A stretch of DNA of 64,000 nt from Proteromonas lacertae (Eukaryota), in contig NGBS01000872.1 of the NCBI GenBank assembly GCA_002245135.1, positions 62,001 through 126,000 of the forward strand, given 5' to 3'. The notes beneath the pieces are model-generated. The model saw only the letters and a list, made by a program, of their open reading frames with translations. It ran no database searches and was not told the origin of the DNA. Numbering within the stretch: position 1 is the stretch's first letter; each line of letters opens with the position of its first letter. This document shows, one piece after another, positions 27,901 through 41,400 of this stretch. The translations under genes and the position numbers were made by a program.

Positions 27901-30900
27901 TTAGAAGAAATAAAGAAAGAGATTGAATCTTGTCCATCCATATTAGATAATTACAATAAAGACATTGATGATTATGTAGAAGAAAAGAGTACAAGTTGTG
28001 ATAAACTGATTGATATTTATTCTCGTGTTTTAGAGACTGAAAGATCAATAAAACAAACAGAAGAGTTGTTATTTGATTCTCAAATCTTGAATAATGTTAT
28101 TGTGAATGAAGTTGTTCCATTATCTACAGATTATTCTACAATAAAAGATAATTTTACCATTTCTATAGAAGAAAGAATGAAAATTGTGGAATATAATATG
28201 AATAATTATGAGAATTTATTACATAGATTAGATAAATTGGTAAATGAATATACAAATATGGCAAATGTCAAACAAAGTAAAGTAGAATTGTATACAATTG
28301 AATTGAAGAAATTATCATCAGAATTAGTTAGTATGAAGAAATCATTCAAACAATATCAAACAGCTAATTCAAAGAAAGATCTAAATGGAAATGAATATGT
28401 CGAATTAGATTCAAATATAACAAAACTTGAGAATGATCTGACTCAATCTAGAGAATCTGTGATGAATTTAATAGAAAATGTTGAAAATTCAAAATTACTC
28501 AACGAGATAAAGAATAAAGATGAATCATTGAATGAGAAATGTGAATATTTATCATCACAATCATCAATTCAAATTCAATTAGAAACATTAGAGAATAATA
28601 AACACATCGACCAAACAAAAGTAGCTGTTATTAGAGAAAAATATGATAAATGTATTGAGATATTAGATAAATGTAATAAAGAATTGAAAGAAGATTTAGA
28701 AACAATAAACAAATTAGATGAAGAAAGTGAAAATATAATCAGTGAAGTAAATATGGATAAGAATAATGAAATGAAAAAAGAATTACTTAAATCAGAAATT
28801 GATTTAGAAAAGACAGAATCAGATATAAATAACATTAGAACTATGATGACTTTATTAGAAGAAATAACAAATGCTATGTTGGATGATAAATTGAAAGATC
28901 AATATAAAGAATTAATGAATTCACAAATTGATAGTTTATCCAATATGAATGAAACAATGGGAAATCAATCGAAGAGATTAAATGAAAGAATTGACTCTCT
29001 ATCAAAAGATCCAAATTGTATGGTGAATATTGATAATTTAGAAGAACAAATGAAAGAAATAGAAGAATCTAAAGATGAGAATATGAAGAAATTAGAAGAA
29101 TGTGAAAGGAGATTAAAAGAACTTCAAAATACTGATGATAGAGATCCATCCAAAGCAAACGAAATGGTAAAACTGAATAATGAAATATCTGAATTAAGTA
29201 AAGCAATAAATGAATCATCAGATAAAATGAATAAGATAAATGATACAGTTAATACATTAGAAACTATAGCAATGGCTAATTCTGAATTAGATGATGCAGA
29301 AAAAGAACAAAAATTGAATAAATCTGCTTTAGATGAGATGAAACAAGCTGTTGGAGGATTGGAATATTGTGAATATGTAAATCAAAATGCAATTAAAGAT
29401 ATTAATAATGATTTGAATTCATTGAAAAGAAGTCTTGAAGGAAATGATGATTCAATTAATGATATTAAATATTCAGTAAATGCAATGGAAAAAGTAAGTG
29501 ATAGTGTAACATCAAAACAATTGAATAATCTTAAACAGAATCTTCAACATTTACAAGATGTTAGAAATAAACCACGTAATGATATACAAGATATACATAG
29601 TAAATTAGATAAATCTTATCTTGATGATATGGAAAGATTAGAGAATATAGTTGCAGATACAGAAAATAAGGCAGCTGATGATATAAGAAAAGGTAAAGAT
29701 GAGATTGAAAAAGAGAAAGAAGAATATATGAATAGAATGAAAGATTTAGAAAAAGAGGTAGATCGTTTGATTGTGGAAGGTGGTAAAGAAAAGAGAAAGC
29801 AATTGGAAGGTGAATTAAATAAACTGAAGAAGCAATTGAATGAAGCTGAAAGAGAAAAGAAAAGATTAAGTGATGAGAAAGATAGACAAGAAAAAGGATG
29901 GAATTGTTGTAAAGAGAATTCAAAGGCATTAATGGAAGAAAGTAACAGATTAAAAGAAGAAATAGAAAGATTAGAGAATGAGTTGAAGGATGCTGATGAA
30001 AGATTAGCTGAGAATGATAAACTTATAAAGAATCAGAAACAAATGTATGATGATCTTGATGATGAGTATAATAATCTATTGAATAAGACCAAGAATCAAA
30101 ATATAGAGAATCCTGAAGTTCAAGAATTAAAGAGATATGTTGGCAAAGCAAGAATGTCTGTAATGGCTGCTAAATCTGCCTATGCTGAAGTAAGGCATTA
30201 TGAAGTTCCACCACCAGAAAAGCCATATAAGATTGTAATGTGTTGTTTATATTTTGTTGGTATAATTAATGAAGATCAATTTGTGAATGGATTAGGTAGA
30301 GAATGTGATTTGAATTATGATCCTCATGATCCAGATTATAAACTAACAGAACAAGCAAAATGGAACTTTGTTAGAAGATATGTTGATTTTGATTTCGTTA
30401 ATCAAATCTGTGATTATGATATATTATCTGATAAAAATGATGATGAAAAGAGAATGTTAAGTCAGATCAGAGATGCACTAGGTGATATAACTCCTCAAGA
30501 AATAGATAATTATTCAAAAGCATTTACAGTTTCATTGAATTTGTTAAGATCTTATTTAGATTTGTATGATGCAGCGAATCGTGTAAGAGGATTAGCTGAA
30601 TTAACTCCAAAGGAAATGATGTATAGAATATTGAATGTAAGTGATAGTATATCAACTACATTCAACTTGACAAATAATGAATTAAAAATGGTTAGTACTC
30701 AAGCTCAAGCAATACTAAAGAATCACAAAGAAGATACACAAGGTGAAGATTTCGTGAATAAAACAATAAAGAAATTTGATGAATTATGTAATGATGTTTC
30801 TCAAGCTTATCATGATCTACAATATGCTTTAACACCAGATCCATCTGATACAGAAAAGAATTGGCAAGAAGTATCTAAGGCATTAAAAAAGAGTATGGAA

Positions 30901-30975
30901 AAAGACATGCAATCAAATAATAAGCCATTCAATTTACAAAGGAAGAAATCAATAAGAAGTGTCAAAAGGAGATAA
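6968..30975 (+). CDS. Giant (~8,000 aa) repetitive coiled-coil protein with C-terminal dynein MTBD-like domain; three ORFs joined by two +1 frame breaks
   Basis: ORFs 6968-9085, 9060-24512 and 24493-30975 overlap, share E/K/N/L/D heptad composition and repeat units, and each junction is a +1 shift. Confidence 0.8.
14332..21346 (+). repeat. Intragenic direct duplication, ~1.58 kb (14332-15916 and 19762-21346)
   Basis: The copies look identical by eye. Antisense ORFs 14981-15643 and 20411-21073 are identical at offset 5430. Confidence 0.92.
20975..27278 (+). repeat. Intragenic near-identical repeats: ~1863-bp tandem unit (~23978-27278) plus a further copy at ~20975-22208
   Basis: Identical antisense ORFs at offsets 1863 (24737/26600) and 4387 (21187/25574). 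Confidence 0.88.
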
Positions 30976-31571
30976 ATGAAGTTTTATTATTATTTTATTA
31001 TTAATTGTTATGTGTTAATTTGTTTTAAGCTTCCAATATACAATCTTTCCGCATTAAAAGAATATTGTGTTACGGAAGATAGTATTTGTCATTTTTTAAA
31101 GAAGAACTTAACATAAAAGGATATATATATTATACCTTTAATATGTCAAAGTAGGTAGACAAGCAAATAATTCAATGATTAAATACAACAAACATTATGA
31201 ATAATAATACATATTCTATTGAGATTTTTCTACTATCTCTAGCTATAATGCTGAAATTGTCATATTATCTAATTTCTTCAATTGATTTGTGTTTTATTCC
31301 ATTCTTTCAATACATATGGCTTAATAAAATGTTTTATAGTTGACATTAATGTGTGTGAAGTATAGATAATATATAGGAAGTATAAGATCCAAAAAAGCTT
31401 GATTCCATTCTCAAGCCTATCATTTTTTGTGTAAAGTAAAAGCAATTCTAGTATGATAAATTATGAAATGAGTAAATGTGTAATAAATCTATACACTCCT
31501 AAACCTAAAAAATGCTAAATCTGACTCAATCTTGATATCAAAAAATATTAATCTAAATATCATAACAAAGC

Positions 31572-31700
31572 GATATGACAGATCTTACTCTCTGATTTAA
31601 TCTATTTACATCAAAAAAGCAAGAAATGTGAAATGTCGTTTTAAGTACAGTGCATTTTTATTGGCTGAATAAAGCGCGTCATACATTGAATCTTTTAATT
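31572..31700 (+). promoter_or_regulatory. Conserved upstream block shared by both paralogues (second copy ~38299-38427)
   Basis: GATATGACAGATCTTACTCTCTGA and ATTGGCTGAATAAAGCGCGTCATACATT occur upstream of both ATGs. Confidence 0.55.
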
Positions 31701-34700
31701 ATGAGATACATCTCATTAATCGCTTTGTGTATTAGATTTTATCTATATTTCATTAGTGTTTTTATGCTCAAGGGTGGTAGCTCTTTATTATGAAACAGAT
31801 TGGCAGTTTGCATTAGATGTTACTCTTGATCCAATCAATCCTGATCTAGGAGATGGGAAATACAGTGTTAATCCAGATCTACCAGAAGGAATAGTATTAG
31901 ATCCAACAACAGGAGTAGTCTCTGGTACTCCCAAAGCTAAAGTAGCTGGAAAACAGTATGTGATAAGTTATGAAAGTGCAGATGGTGAGAAAGATAGTAT
32001 ATCATTTTGGTTATCAAGTATAATTTATTTTATATTATTTTCATAGTCTTCGGTAAGCCAGTAATCAACTGTGGAATCAGTGAATTAACAGTATCAACAC
32101 CTATTACTACAACCATTTTCTGTATTTCAGATGAATTTATTATCACTAATGGTTGGACAATAACACCAGCAAATATTCCAGGAATATCAATAGAATCTGG
32201 ATTATTAACATTTGATGGATTTTTCCCTAAAGAAGATATGGAAATATCAGTTATAGGCCAAGGATATGAATTAACAGGTTCAACATCATTTAAAGTCAAG
32301 AAATTAGCAAATCCAGCTTATCAAGATGGTATTTGGGTAACAGCTCATGATTTACATACAGTAAAATGTAAAGATTATAAAGATAACGTAGATAGTTACA
32401 AAAATGCAGCATCAAAATTCTCAGATTTAGATGGATTAATGAGTCAAGATGGTTGGAGGAATAAAATGTATTCTGTATTTTCAGGAATTATTACTTCAAT
32501 AAATGCTACAATGGTTGGCTTTATTGATATTCAAGAAAGTGGTGAATATACTTTCTATATGCAAACTGGTAATAATATGAATGCTAGAGTTATAGTAAAC
32601 AGTATTCAAGTTTTATCTGATTGGGAACAATGTAATGCTTGGAATGATAATCCAATTACTAATACAACAACATTAGAAAAAGGATATGTACCAATTTATA
32701 TAGAGATAAGAGGAGGTGAAGGATTAGATTTTAAGTTTGTATTACAGTATTCAACTCCAAATGATTCAACAAAGAAGAGTATTCCATTCAAATACATAAC
32801 TCCAAATTTTGCACCAGTAACTTTTTTAAGAGTTGATGCTGAAAAAATAAGTTGGTTAAATGATGCCTTTTCTTTAACACCATTGCATGTATTATTAGGT
32901 AAAGCTAAAAGTTGTGAATTAACAAGTGGAACACTTCCAGAAGGTTCTCAAGTAACAGCCGATGCAATAACTGGTCATCCACAAGCTGATATGGATTATC
33001 AAACATTTAAAATCAAATGTAAAAATGATGTTAGTGTAACAAATGAAGTGACATTCCAACTAAGAGTAACAAGTCTAACTGTAAATGGACTAGTTGCTTA
33101 TTATTACAAGCCAAACAACTTTGATACAAGCTTGAGAACTAAATATGGTCCTTCAGTTGATGGAATTGAACCTTATTATATTCAAGTTGTAGATGATGCA
33201 CTCATTGAAGAAGGATTTGATGGTAAACAATATCCAGAAGGAACAAATATTGAGTTTTTAGATGATTATGGTGTCTATTTTGAAGGATATTTGAAAATTG
33301 GTAAGAATCAAGCTGGTAAATACAGCTTCAAATTACAAGGAGAAGGTGGTTATTGGTTATATATTGATAATAAGTTGATTGTAGAAAAGCCAGGAAGAAA
33401 TCGTTATGATACTGAAACAATAGTCGATTTTGAATTAACTGATGATTATTACTTTTATCAAATTTATTATGTTGCTCACAATGGTAAGGCTCACTTCGAA
33501 ATTGCTTCAAAACTAGAAACAAGTGATAAATGGGATGGATTTATTACTGATGTATTTGTTCCATCTTATGATTATTTTGTATTCAAGCAAAGATATGCTA
33601 CTTATCTAGTTGGTCAAAGAGTGGAAAATCCGATTATCGAAGTAGGTGGAGATAGTGTTAGATGCAAAACAGAAGATAGTATTGTGGTTTCACCTCCATT
33701 GCCTGAAGGTTTAAAAGCTTATTGTTCAAAATCTATGGAAAATTCAGCAATTATTGCAGGTACACCAACTGAATATGCTGAGTTATGGGATTATACAGTA
33801 AGTATAACAAATTTTGATGATAAAGTTTATTCTTATCCTATTGAATTTCGAGTAAAAGGTATATTTTATTATTGTAATATATATTTGTATAGAAAAGCCA
33901 GCACCATCAGGTTTTTATTTAGAAGATCTTAATACAGGTAAAGAGTATGTTGATACTATGAATTTACAAATTGGGAAGTTTTATGATTTAAAGGTAAGAC
34001 TGAAGTGGGGATATTATACTCAAATTATGACAGGTAATGATATAAAGACATTTGATTGGGATCCTTTGACAGTTACTTATTCTGGCACTGCAACAGAAGA
34101 GCTTTCAAATTTTGAAATGCCATTTACGGTATTAAGTGAAGGAAATCCACCAGCAACATTTAAGTTTATATTTACTGCTAATAATACTTGTGGAGAAGGT
34201 TTAGTTATGCATTCTTTTAGAATGGCTTCCAATGTTACTGATGAAATGCAAGGTGTAACAATAGCAGTAGTAGACCAAGACAGTAAATCAATAATTAAAT
34301 ATTCTGATGTGGTATTAACATCTCTCCCACACACTGAATTGAAATGTTTAAAACCTAGTAATTATACTATTACAGTAAATGCTTACGACGATTATACGTT
34401 CGAAGTATATTCTAGTGGATATCAGGTATTTGGAGTTAATACATTTACTACTAAAACAAAATTAACTCGAACTGTAGTAGATACTCGTATTTATATATTT
34501 TATTAATTTCTTTAAATAGAATTTGCTACACCTGAATTCCATTATTACACTAACAAATTAGAAGCATATATTGGATATGATGTATTATTAGTTCCTATAA
34601 CAAATGGTGCATATGTTGAAAAATACATTAATAATACTGAATTACCTCAGGGATTGGTGTTAGATGCAAAAACAGGTAGAATTCATGGTGTTCCAGAAGC

Positions 34701-37700
34701 TGAATATTATTCAAGAACTATTACCATAACAGCATTAAATGATTTTAATCCTGCAAAATTTGAGATAGAAATGAATGTTCCAAGACAAGATCATTATGAA
34801 GAGAGATGTTTATCACAGAATAAGCTTGTCCTTACTATTGTAACACATGTTGAACAGAATCCAAATGATATGGGTTATAGATTATTATCCTCAAACGACA
34901 GTATAATAATAGAAAGAGTGAAAGGATCATTTGATGCTAATAAAACTTACAATCTAAGAATATGTGTTAGTGCAGATTGGTATAATTTGCAATTGGTTGA
35001 TTATTCAACAGCAGGTTGGAGAGATGGTTATGTAAAGATTAAAGTTGGTACTTCTGTAATAGGTAAGTATATGGTTGCTAGAGGAGATCCAAATTATACA
35101 AAGAATGTAACAATGCATTGTATTTTTTTAAATGTTATATTTTTATAGTGACATATTTGTTAAATGGAGATTCAAAATGGCAATATTCTCAAAGTTATGT
35201 TGATGGTTGGATGTTCAGTAATTCCACAGTTGCTGGTGGATGGCCACAATCAAAGATTTCATCGCTTCCAATGGGACCTTCAATACCAACTTATTATTTA
35301 AGAACTCAATTAACAGTAAAAAAAGAGTTATATTCTGGATATATTGTGAGATACGTTCATAAAGCAGGTGTAATTGTTAGAATAAATGGAATCGAAGTGT
35401 TCAGAGAGAATTTACCAAGTGGAAATATTGATGCAAATACGTTTGCTACACAATCATTTCCTGATATAGTTGAAAGAAAGTTTATTTTGCCAATAAAAGA
35501 TTTAGAAGAAGGAGGAGTTATTTCGTTTGAAATTCACAGAGCATCTAGTGATTCATTCTTCCCATCAGAAGAAAAAGTATATTTAATTCCATTAGATGGT
35601 GATAATGAAGAAGATTGTATTTTATTACCGATTTATGATGGAAAGATTACTGAATCATCAAGTAAAAGTTGTAAAGAAAATCCATTCTGTGTAGATAAAG
35701 CATTTGATATTGATACTGGTTATGCATCATACTGGGTTGATGATTATGGAAATGTACAGTCTCAATCATTTGCCACATTAAAATTTGGTGAAGATAATTA
35801 TTATGGATTTAATCAATTCTATCTTGCAGCTGGTGCAGAAAATTACGATCACTATCCATCTCATGTAAAAGTGTTTGGTTTACAAGGAGCAACATCGACA
35901 CCTTTAGAAGAACTTAATCCAGTTTATTACTTCAAAGATGCTCAAAATGCTATGATTTCTCGAGCAACATTCAATAATGATCCATATAAGTTATATACAG
36001 GAATAAAAATTGAAATACCAAAATCAAATCAACCATTCACTCCATATGGTATGAAAGTAGCTGAAATTGGTTATCAATTATGTCGTTATAGAACGTGTGA
36101 AGCAAATCAAGCTGAATTATTACCAGTAGGAGAAGCAAATCATATTTATGATGTAAATTGTACAGAAGGTGGTGAAGGAATAAGAAAATTCTATTGTTCA
36201 AATAAAAGAAATTGGATTGAAATAGAAAATGGATGTAATCAAAAGCCGACATTCATTAATCCACCAGCTATAAAAACATTTAAAACAGGAATAGAATTAA
36301 ATGATGAAGCATTATTTTTAGTATCAGGAAGTGGTATTACATATACTAATTCATTAGGAGGTATATATTTATATATTAATTTTATATTTTAATAGATGCC
36401 TTTATTCCAGGATTGAAATTCGATAAATTAAGTGGACATGTAAGTGGAACTCCAACAAAAGCTGATAGTTATCCAGTAACATTCACAATTTCTAATCAAT
36501 TCGGCTCAAATCAACATTCCATGGTAATAATAATAGAAGAAGGTGGTAATGATATAATAATAATCGCTTTTAACAATTCATTAACATTTAATCAATATCA
36601 GAAATATGATGAATTCCAAATATTTTGGATTGAAAGTACACTTCCAGTTAAATATTATTCTAAGAATCTTCCAATTGGATTGTCAATCAATGTAGATACA
36701 GGAATGATAAGTGGAACTCCAGAAGTAGAAGGAGAAAAAGATGTAACTGTTACATTAAAGAATGATAAAAGCTCATTAGATGTAAACATTAAAATTAAAG
36801 TAGTAACAAATGATGATGCAACAATAGTTAGATCTGAATCAAAAATTGATTTAGAATATTTGAAAGGTTATAGTAATTTCAAACCATTAGTATGTAGTGG
36901 AAAAGGAATAACATATAAAGTGGATAAAGAATTACCTAAAGATTTAGTTTATGATTCTAATACTGGTGCCTTCTCTGGTCAAGTATTTGCTGATCCTCAA
37001 AGTGCAATTGATTATGTATTTACCTGTACTTCATCAAATGGAAAGAGTCAAAAAGTGAGTATTCCAATCTCTGTAAATCGAGATGCTGATAGTCCAATCT
37101 TAGTTAATAAGAAAGAAAAAGTTGAATTAACAGTTGGTGATGATTTAGTGAATGAAAAATGGTTTGAAGTAACAGGTGAAGATTTGAGTTACAATTATGA
37201 TGTATTACCAATGGGAATTGAATTAGGTGAAAAGAGTGGTTTAATCAATGGATATCCGAAAGAACCATTTAGATCAAGAGATGCAACATTTTATGTAAAG
37301 AATAAGAATGATAAAACAATATCTTTTGAAATTGGAATAACCGTAAAACCCTCTGAAAAGCCAGTAATTCCTGATTCTTCTGTTTATAAGAATGTGAGTA
37401 TTCCAACAGGTAAACCAGTAAGTGAAAAGATCTTTGATGTAGTAGGTGGTGATGTATTTGTATCTTCAATAGATCCTCCATTACCAAGTGGTTTTTCAAT
37501 CAATGCTCAAGGATATTTACAAGGATTAGCCGTTTATGATGTTGCTAAAACAACGTATAAAATAACATTAAGTGATGCTAAAGGTAAATCCACAATAGTT
37601 GAAATTCCGTTAGAATTTGTTTCAATGAAATGTACAGCTGAAAATGATTATGCAGCAACTCCTGTAGGTGAAACAGCTGTAAAGAAATGTGGAGGTGGTA

Positions 37701-37948
37701 AAACTGGTTTTATTCAGCGAAAATGTTTATCTGTAGATGGAAAAGCAGTATGGCAAAAAGAAATTGATGAATGTTCGTCAAGTAACACAGGTGCATTAAT
37801 AGGAATAATAATTGGTTGTATAATTGGAGGAGGAGTGATCTTCTTAGGAGGTTATTGTATATATGTTCGACTTGGTGGAACAACAAAGCATGTAAGAAAA
37901 ACAGCTGAACATATAGTTGATACAAAAGACAGTGGTGTTAGAATATAA
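31701..37948 (+). CDS. Type I membrane surface protein: signal peptide, He_PIG Ig-like repeats, two PA14-like domains, galactose-binding-like domain, Cys-rich modules, TM; copy 1
   Basis: Spliced MRYISLIALLFLCSRVVA; LPEGIVLDPTTGVVSGTP-type repeats; GFIDIQESGEYTFY and YFEGYLKI...YSFKL...LYIDNKLIV; TM LIGIIIGCIIGGGVIFLGGYCIYV; tail ends VRI. Six short introns link the ORFs. Confidence 0.85.
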
Positions 37949-38427
37949 CATCTAGCGTTTTTATTGTTTTTGTTTTTATTATGTTTTGATTATTGTTTTA
38001 ATGTTTTTTGTTTTTATACAATACATTCAATTATAACAAAATGATTGTTAAACTATAAATAAAAGAATAAAATTATTCCTCCATTATATATAATAGAATT
38101 GAGATTTTAAAAATCTAAAATAGCTTGATATGATTTTCAAGCTTATGATAATTTTGTTTAGTATAAGAAAAATCAAAGAAATATAAGCTTATCATTCAAT
38201 TGATGTTTAAGTAATCTATATACTTCTAAGGTTCAAAATAGATAAATGTCACTAAATCGTAATATCTCAAAATATTAATCTAAAAAACATAATAAAACGA
38301 TATGACAGATCTTACTCTCTGAATTAATCTATTTACATCAAAAAAGCAATAAATGCATAATGGCATTTTTAAAATAATAGAATTCTATTGGCTGAATAAA
38401 GCGCGTCATACATTAAATCTTTTAATT

Positions 38428-41400
38428 ATGAGATATATCTCATTAATCGCTTTGTGTATAAAGTTTTTTTTACATTTGTTTAGTATTCGCATGCTCAGGG
38501 GTGTTCGCTTTTAACTATTATACAGAACAACCATTTGGAGTTGGAGTAGAAATAGAGCCAATAAAGCCAGAACCAGAAGGAGAAGGAGAGTATAGTATTG
38601 TACAAGGAAGTCTACCACCTGGAATAGTATTTGATCCAAAAACTGGAGTAATTTCCGGCACACCAACAACTAAAGGATATTATTACTTTACAATAAGTAA
38701 AACTGGTGATGATACACCAGGCTATTTATATCAACAAGGTATATATTACCAAATTATTTTAAAATAGTTTATGCACAGCCAGTAATCAACTGTGGAGTTA
38801 GTGAATTAACAATATCAACACCAATCAGTACAACTATAATGTGTGCTACAAGTGGTGACGAAGTTATAGATAATGGTTGGACAATAACACCAGCATCACT
38901 GACAGGAGTAACATTAAGTAAAGGATTAATAACATTTGATAAATTCTACCCTGATAAAGATATGGAAATAACAGTTATAGGCAAAGGCTATGCTCATATA
39001 GCAAAAACATCATTTAAAGTCAAGAAATTAGCAAATCCAACCTATGAAGATGGTGTTTATGTATTAGCACATGATTTAAAGACAATAAAATGTGAAGAAT
39101 ATACAACTGATATTGACAGTTATAACCACGCTGAGGTTAAATTTCCTAATCTAGATGGATTAACAGATAAAAAGTCATGGAGTGATAAGATACCTATATT
39201 CGCATCAACTATTACCACAATGAATGCTACAATGAACGGTTTAATTGATATTCAAGAAAGTGGTGAATATACTTTCTATATGCAAACTGGTAATAATATG
39301 AATGCTAGAGTTATGGTTAATAATGTTCAAATTTTATCTGATTGGGGAAAATGTAATGCTTGGAATGATAATCCAATTACTAATACAACAACATTAGAAA
39401 AAGGATATGCAACAGTTTATATAGAGATAAGAGGAGGTGAAGGATTAGATTTTAAGTTTGTATTACAATATTCAACTCCAAATGATTCAACAAAAAAAAG
39501 TATTCCATTCAAATACGCTAAACCATTTAGACCAGTATCATTTTTGAATTTAGATGAAGAAAAAATAAGTTGGTTAAATGATGCATTTCCTTTAACGCCA
39601 ATACACGTTAGATACGGTAAAGCAACAAGCTGCGAACTTACTAGTGGAACACTTCCAGAAGGTTCTCAAGTAACAACTGAAGCAATAACTGGTCATCCAC
39701 AAGCTGATATGGATTATCAAACATATAAAATGACTTGTAAAAATGAATTTAGTGTAACAAATGAAGTGACATTCCAACTAAGAGTAACAAGTATAACTAT
39801 AAATGGACTAGTTGCTTATTTCTACAAGCCAAGATATTTTGATATTAGTTTAAATACTAAATATGGTCCTTCAGTTGATGGAATTGAACCTTATTATATT
39901 CAAGCTGTGGATGATGCACGTATTGAAGAAGGAACAGGAGGGACATCATTCCCTGAAGGAACAAATGCTGATTTTTATGATGATTATGGTGTTTATTTTG
40001 AAGGATATTTGAAAATTGGTAAGAATCAAGCTGGTAAATACAACTTCAAATTACAAGGAGAAGGTGGTTATTGGTTATATATTGATAATAAGTTGATTGT
40101 AGAAAAGCCAGGAAGAAATCGTTATGATACTGAAACAATAGTCGATTTTGAATTAACTGATGATTATTACTTTTATCAAATTTACTATGTTACTCATAAT
40201 GGAGATGCTCATTTCGAAATTGCTTCAAAACTAGAAACAAGTGATAAATGGGATGGATTTATTACTGATGTATTTGTTCCATCTTATGATTATTTCGTAT
40301 TCAAGCAAAGATATGCTACTTATCTAGTTGGTCAAGGAGTGGAAAATCCAATTATCGAAATAGGATTGGATAGTGTTTCTTGTAAAAATGTAGCAGTTAA
40401 TCCGCAATTGCCTGAAGGTTTAATTGCAGGTTGCTCTCTAGCTGGAGAAGTCTCAGCATTAATTGGAGGTGTTGTAACAAGTTATTCAGAGTTAACAGAA
40501 TATGTAGTAAGTATAACAGATTTAGATGATAAAGTTCATTCTTATCCTGTTACAATTGCAGTTAAAGGTATATTTTATTATTGTAATATATATTTGTATA
40601 GATGAACCAGATCCAAGTGGTTTTTCTCTTAAGGATGTTAATACTGGCAAAGAATATTTCGATGGCATGAATTTACAAATCGGAAAGTATTATGATTTAA
40701 AAGTAAATATAAGATATGGAAAATTTAGACGAATTGAATTAACAAATAATGGATTAGTTGGTTTTAGTTGGGATCCAGAGAAGTATATATTATCTGGTAC
40801 TGCAAGAGAACCACTTACTGCTTATGGAATGACATTTAAAGTAAAAACATCTGGTGCTGATAAATTCTTTATATTTACATTTACTGCGAATAATACTTGT
40901 GAAAATGGTTTAGTTATGCATTCTTTTAGAATGACTTCAAATTCATCCGTTAATATGCAAGGTGTTAGGATTATAGTAAGAGAAGGAGATGCAGGTGATT
41001 TTGTTATTACATATGTAAGTTCTGATATGATCTTGTTACCTCATACAGAATTTAAATGTTTAAAAATTGGTTATTATACTATTCAAGCTTATGGTTATGA
41101 TGATTATACATTTGAAGTTTACTCTAGTGGATATAAAGTATATAAAACTGATACTTATGTCACTCAAACAACCAATATCAAAGATATGGTTAATACTAGT
41201 ATTTATTATTATTATTATTATTTTCTTTAAATAGAATATGGAGCTCCAACATTTAAGTATTATACCAATACTATATTAGAATATATTGGATATGATATAT
41301 TATTAGTTCCACAAACAGAAGGATATTATGTTGAAGAATATACTATTAATAATGAATTACCAAAAGGGTTATTTTTCAGTTCAAAGACTGGTAGAATTTG

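Noticed and set aside
7465..29929. Dozens of minus-strand Ser/Phe/Leu-rich ORFs
   Set aside because: Antisense shadows of the GAA/AAA/GAT-rich giant ORF; they repeat exactly with its duplications.
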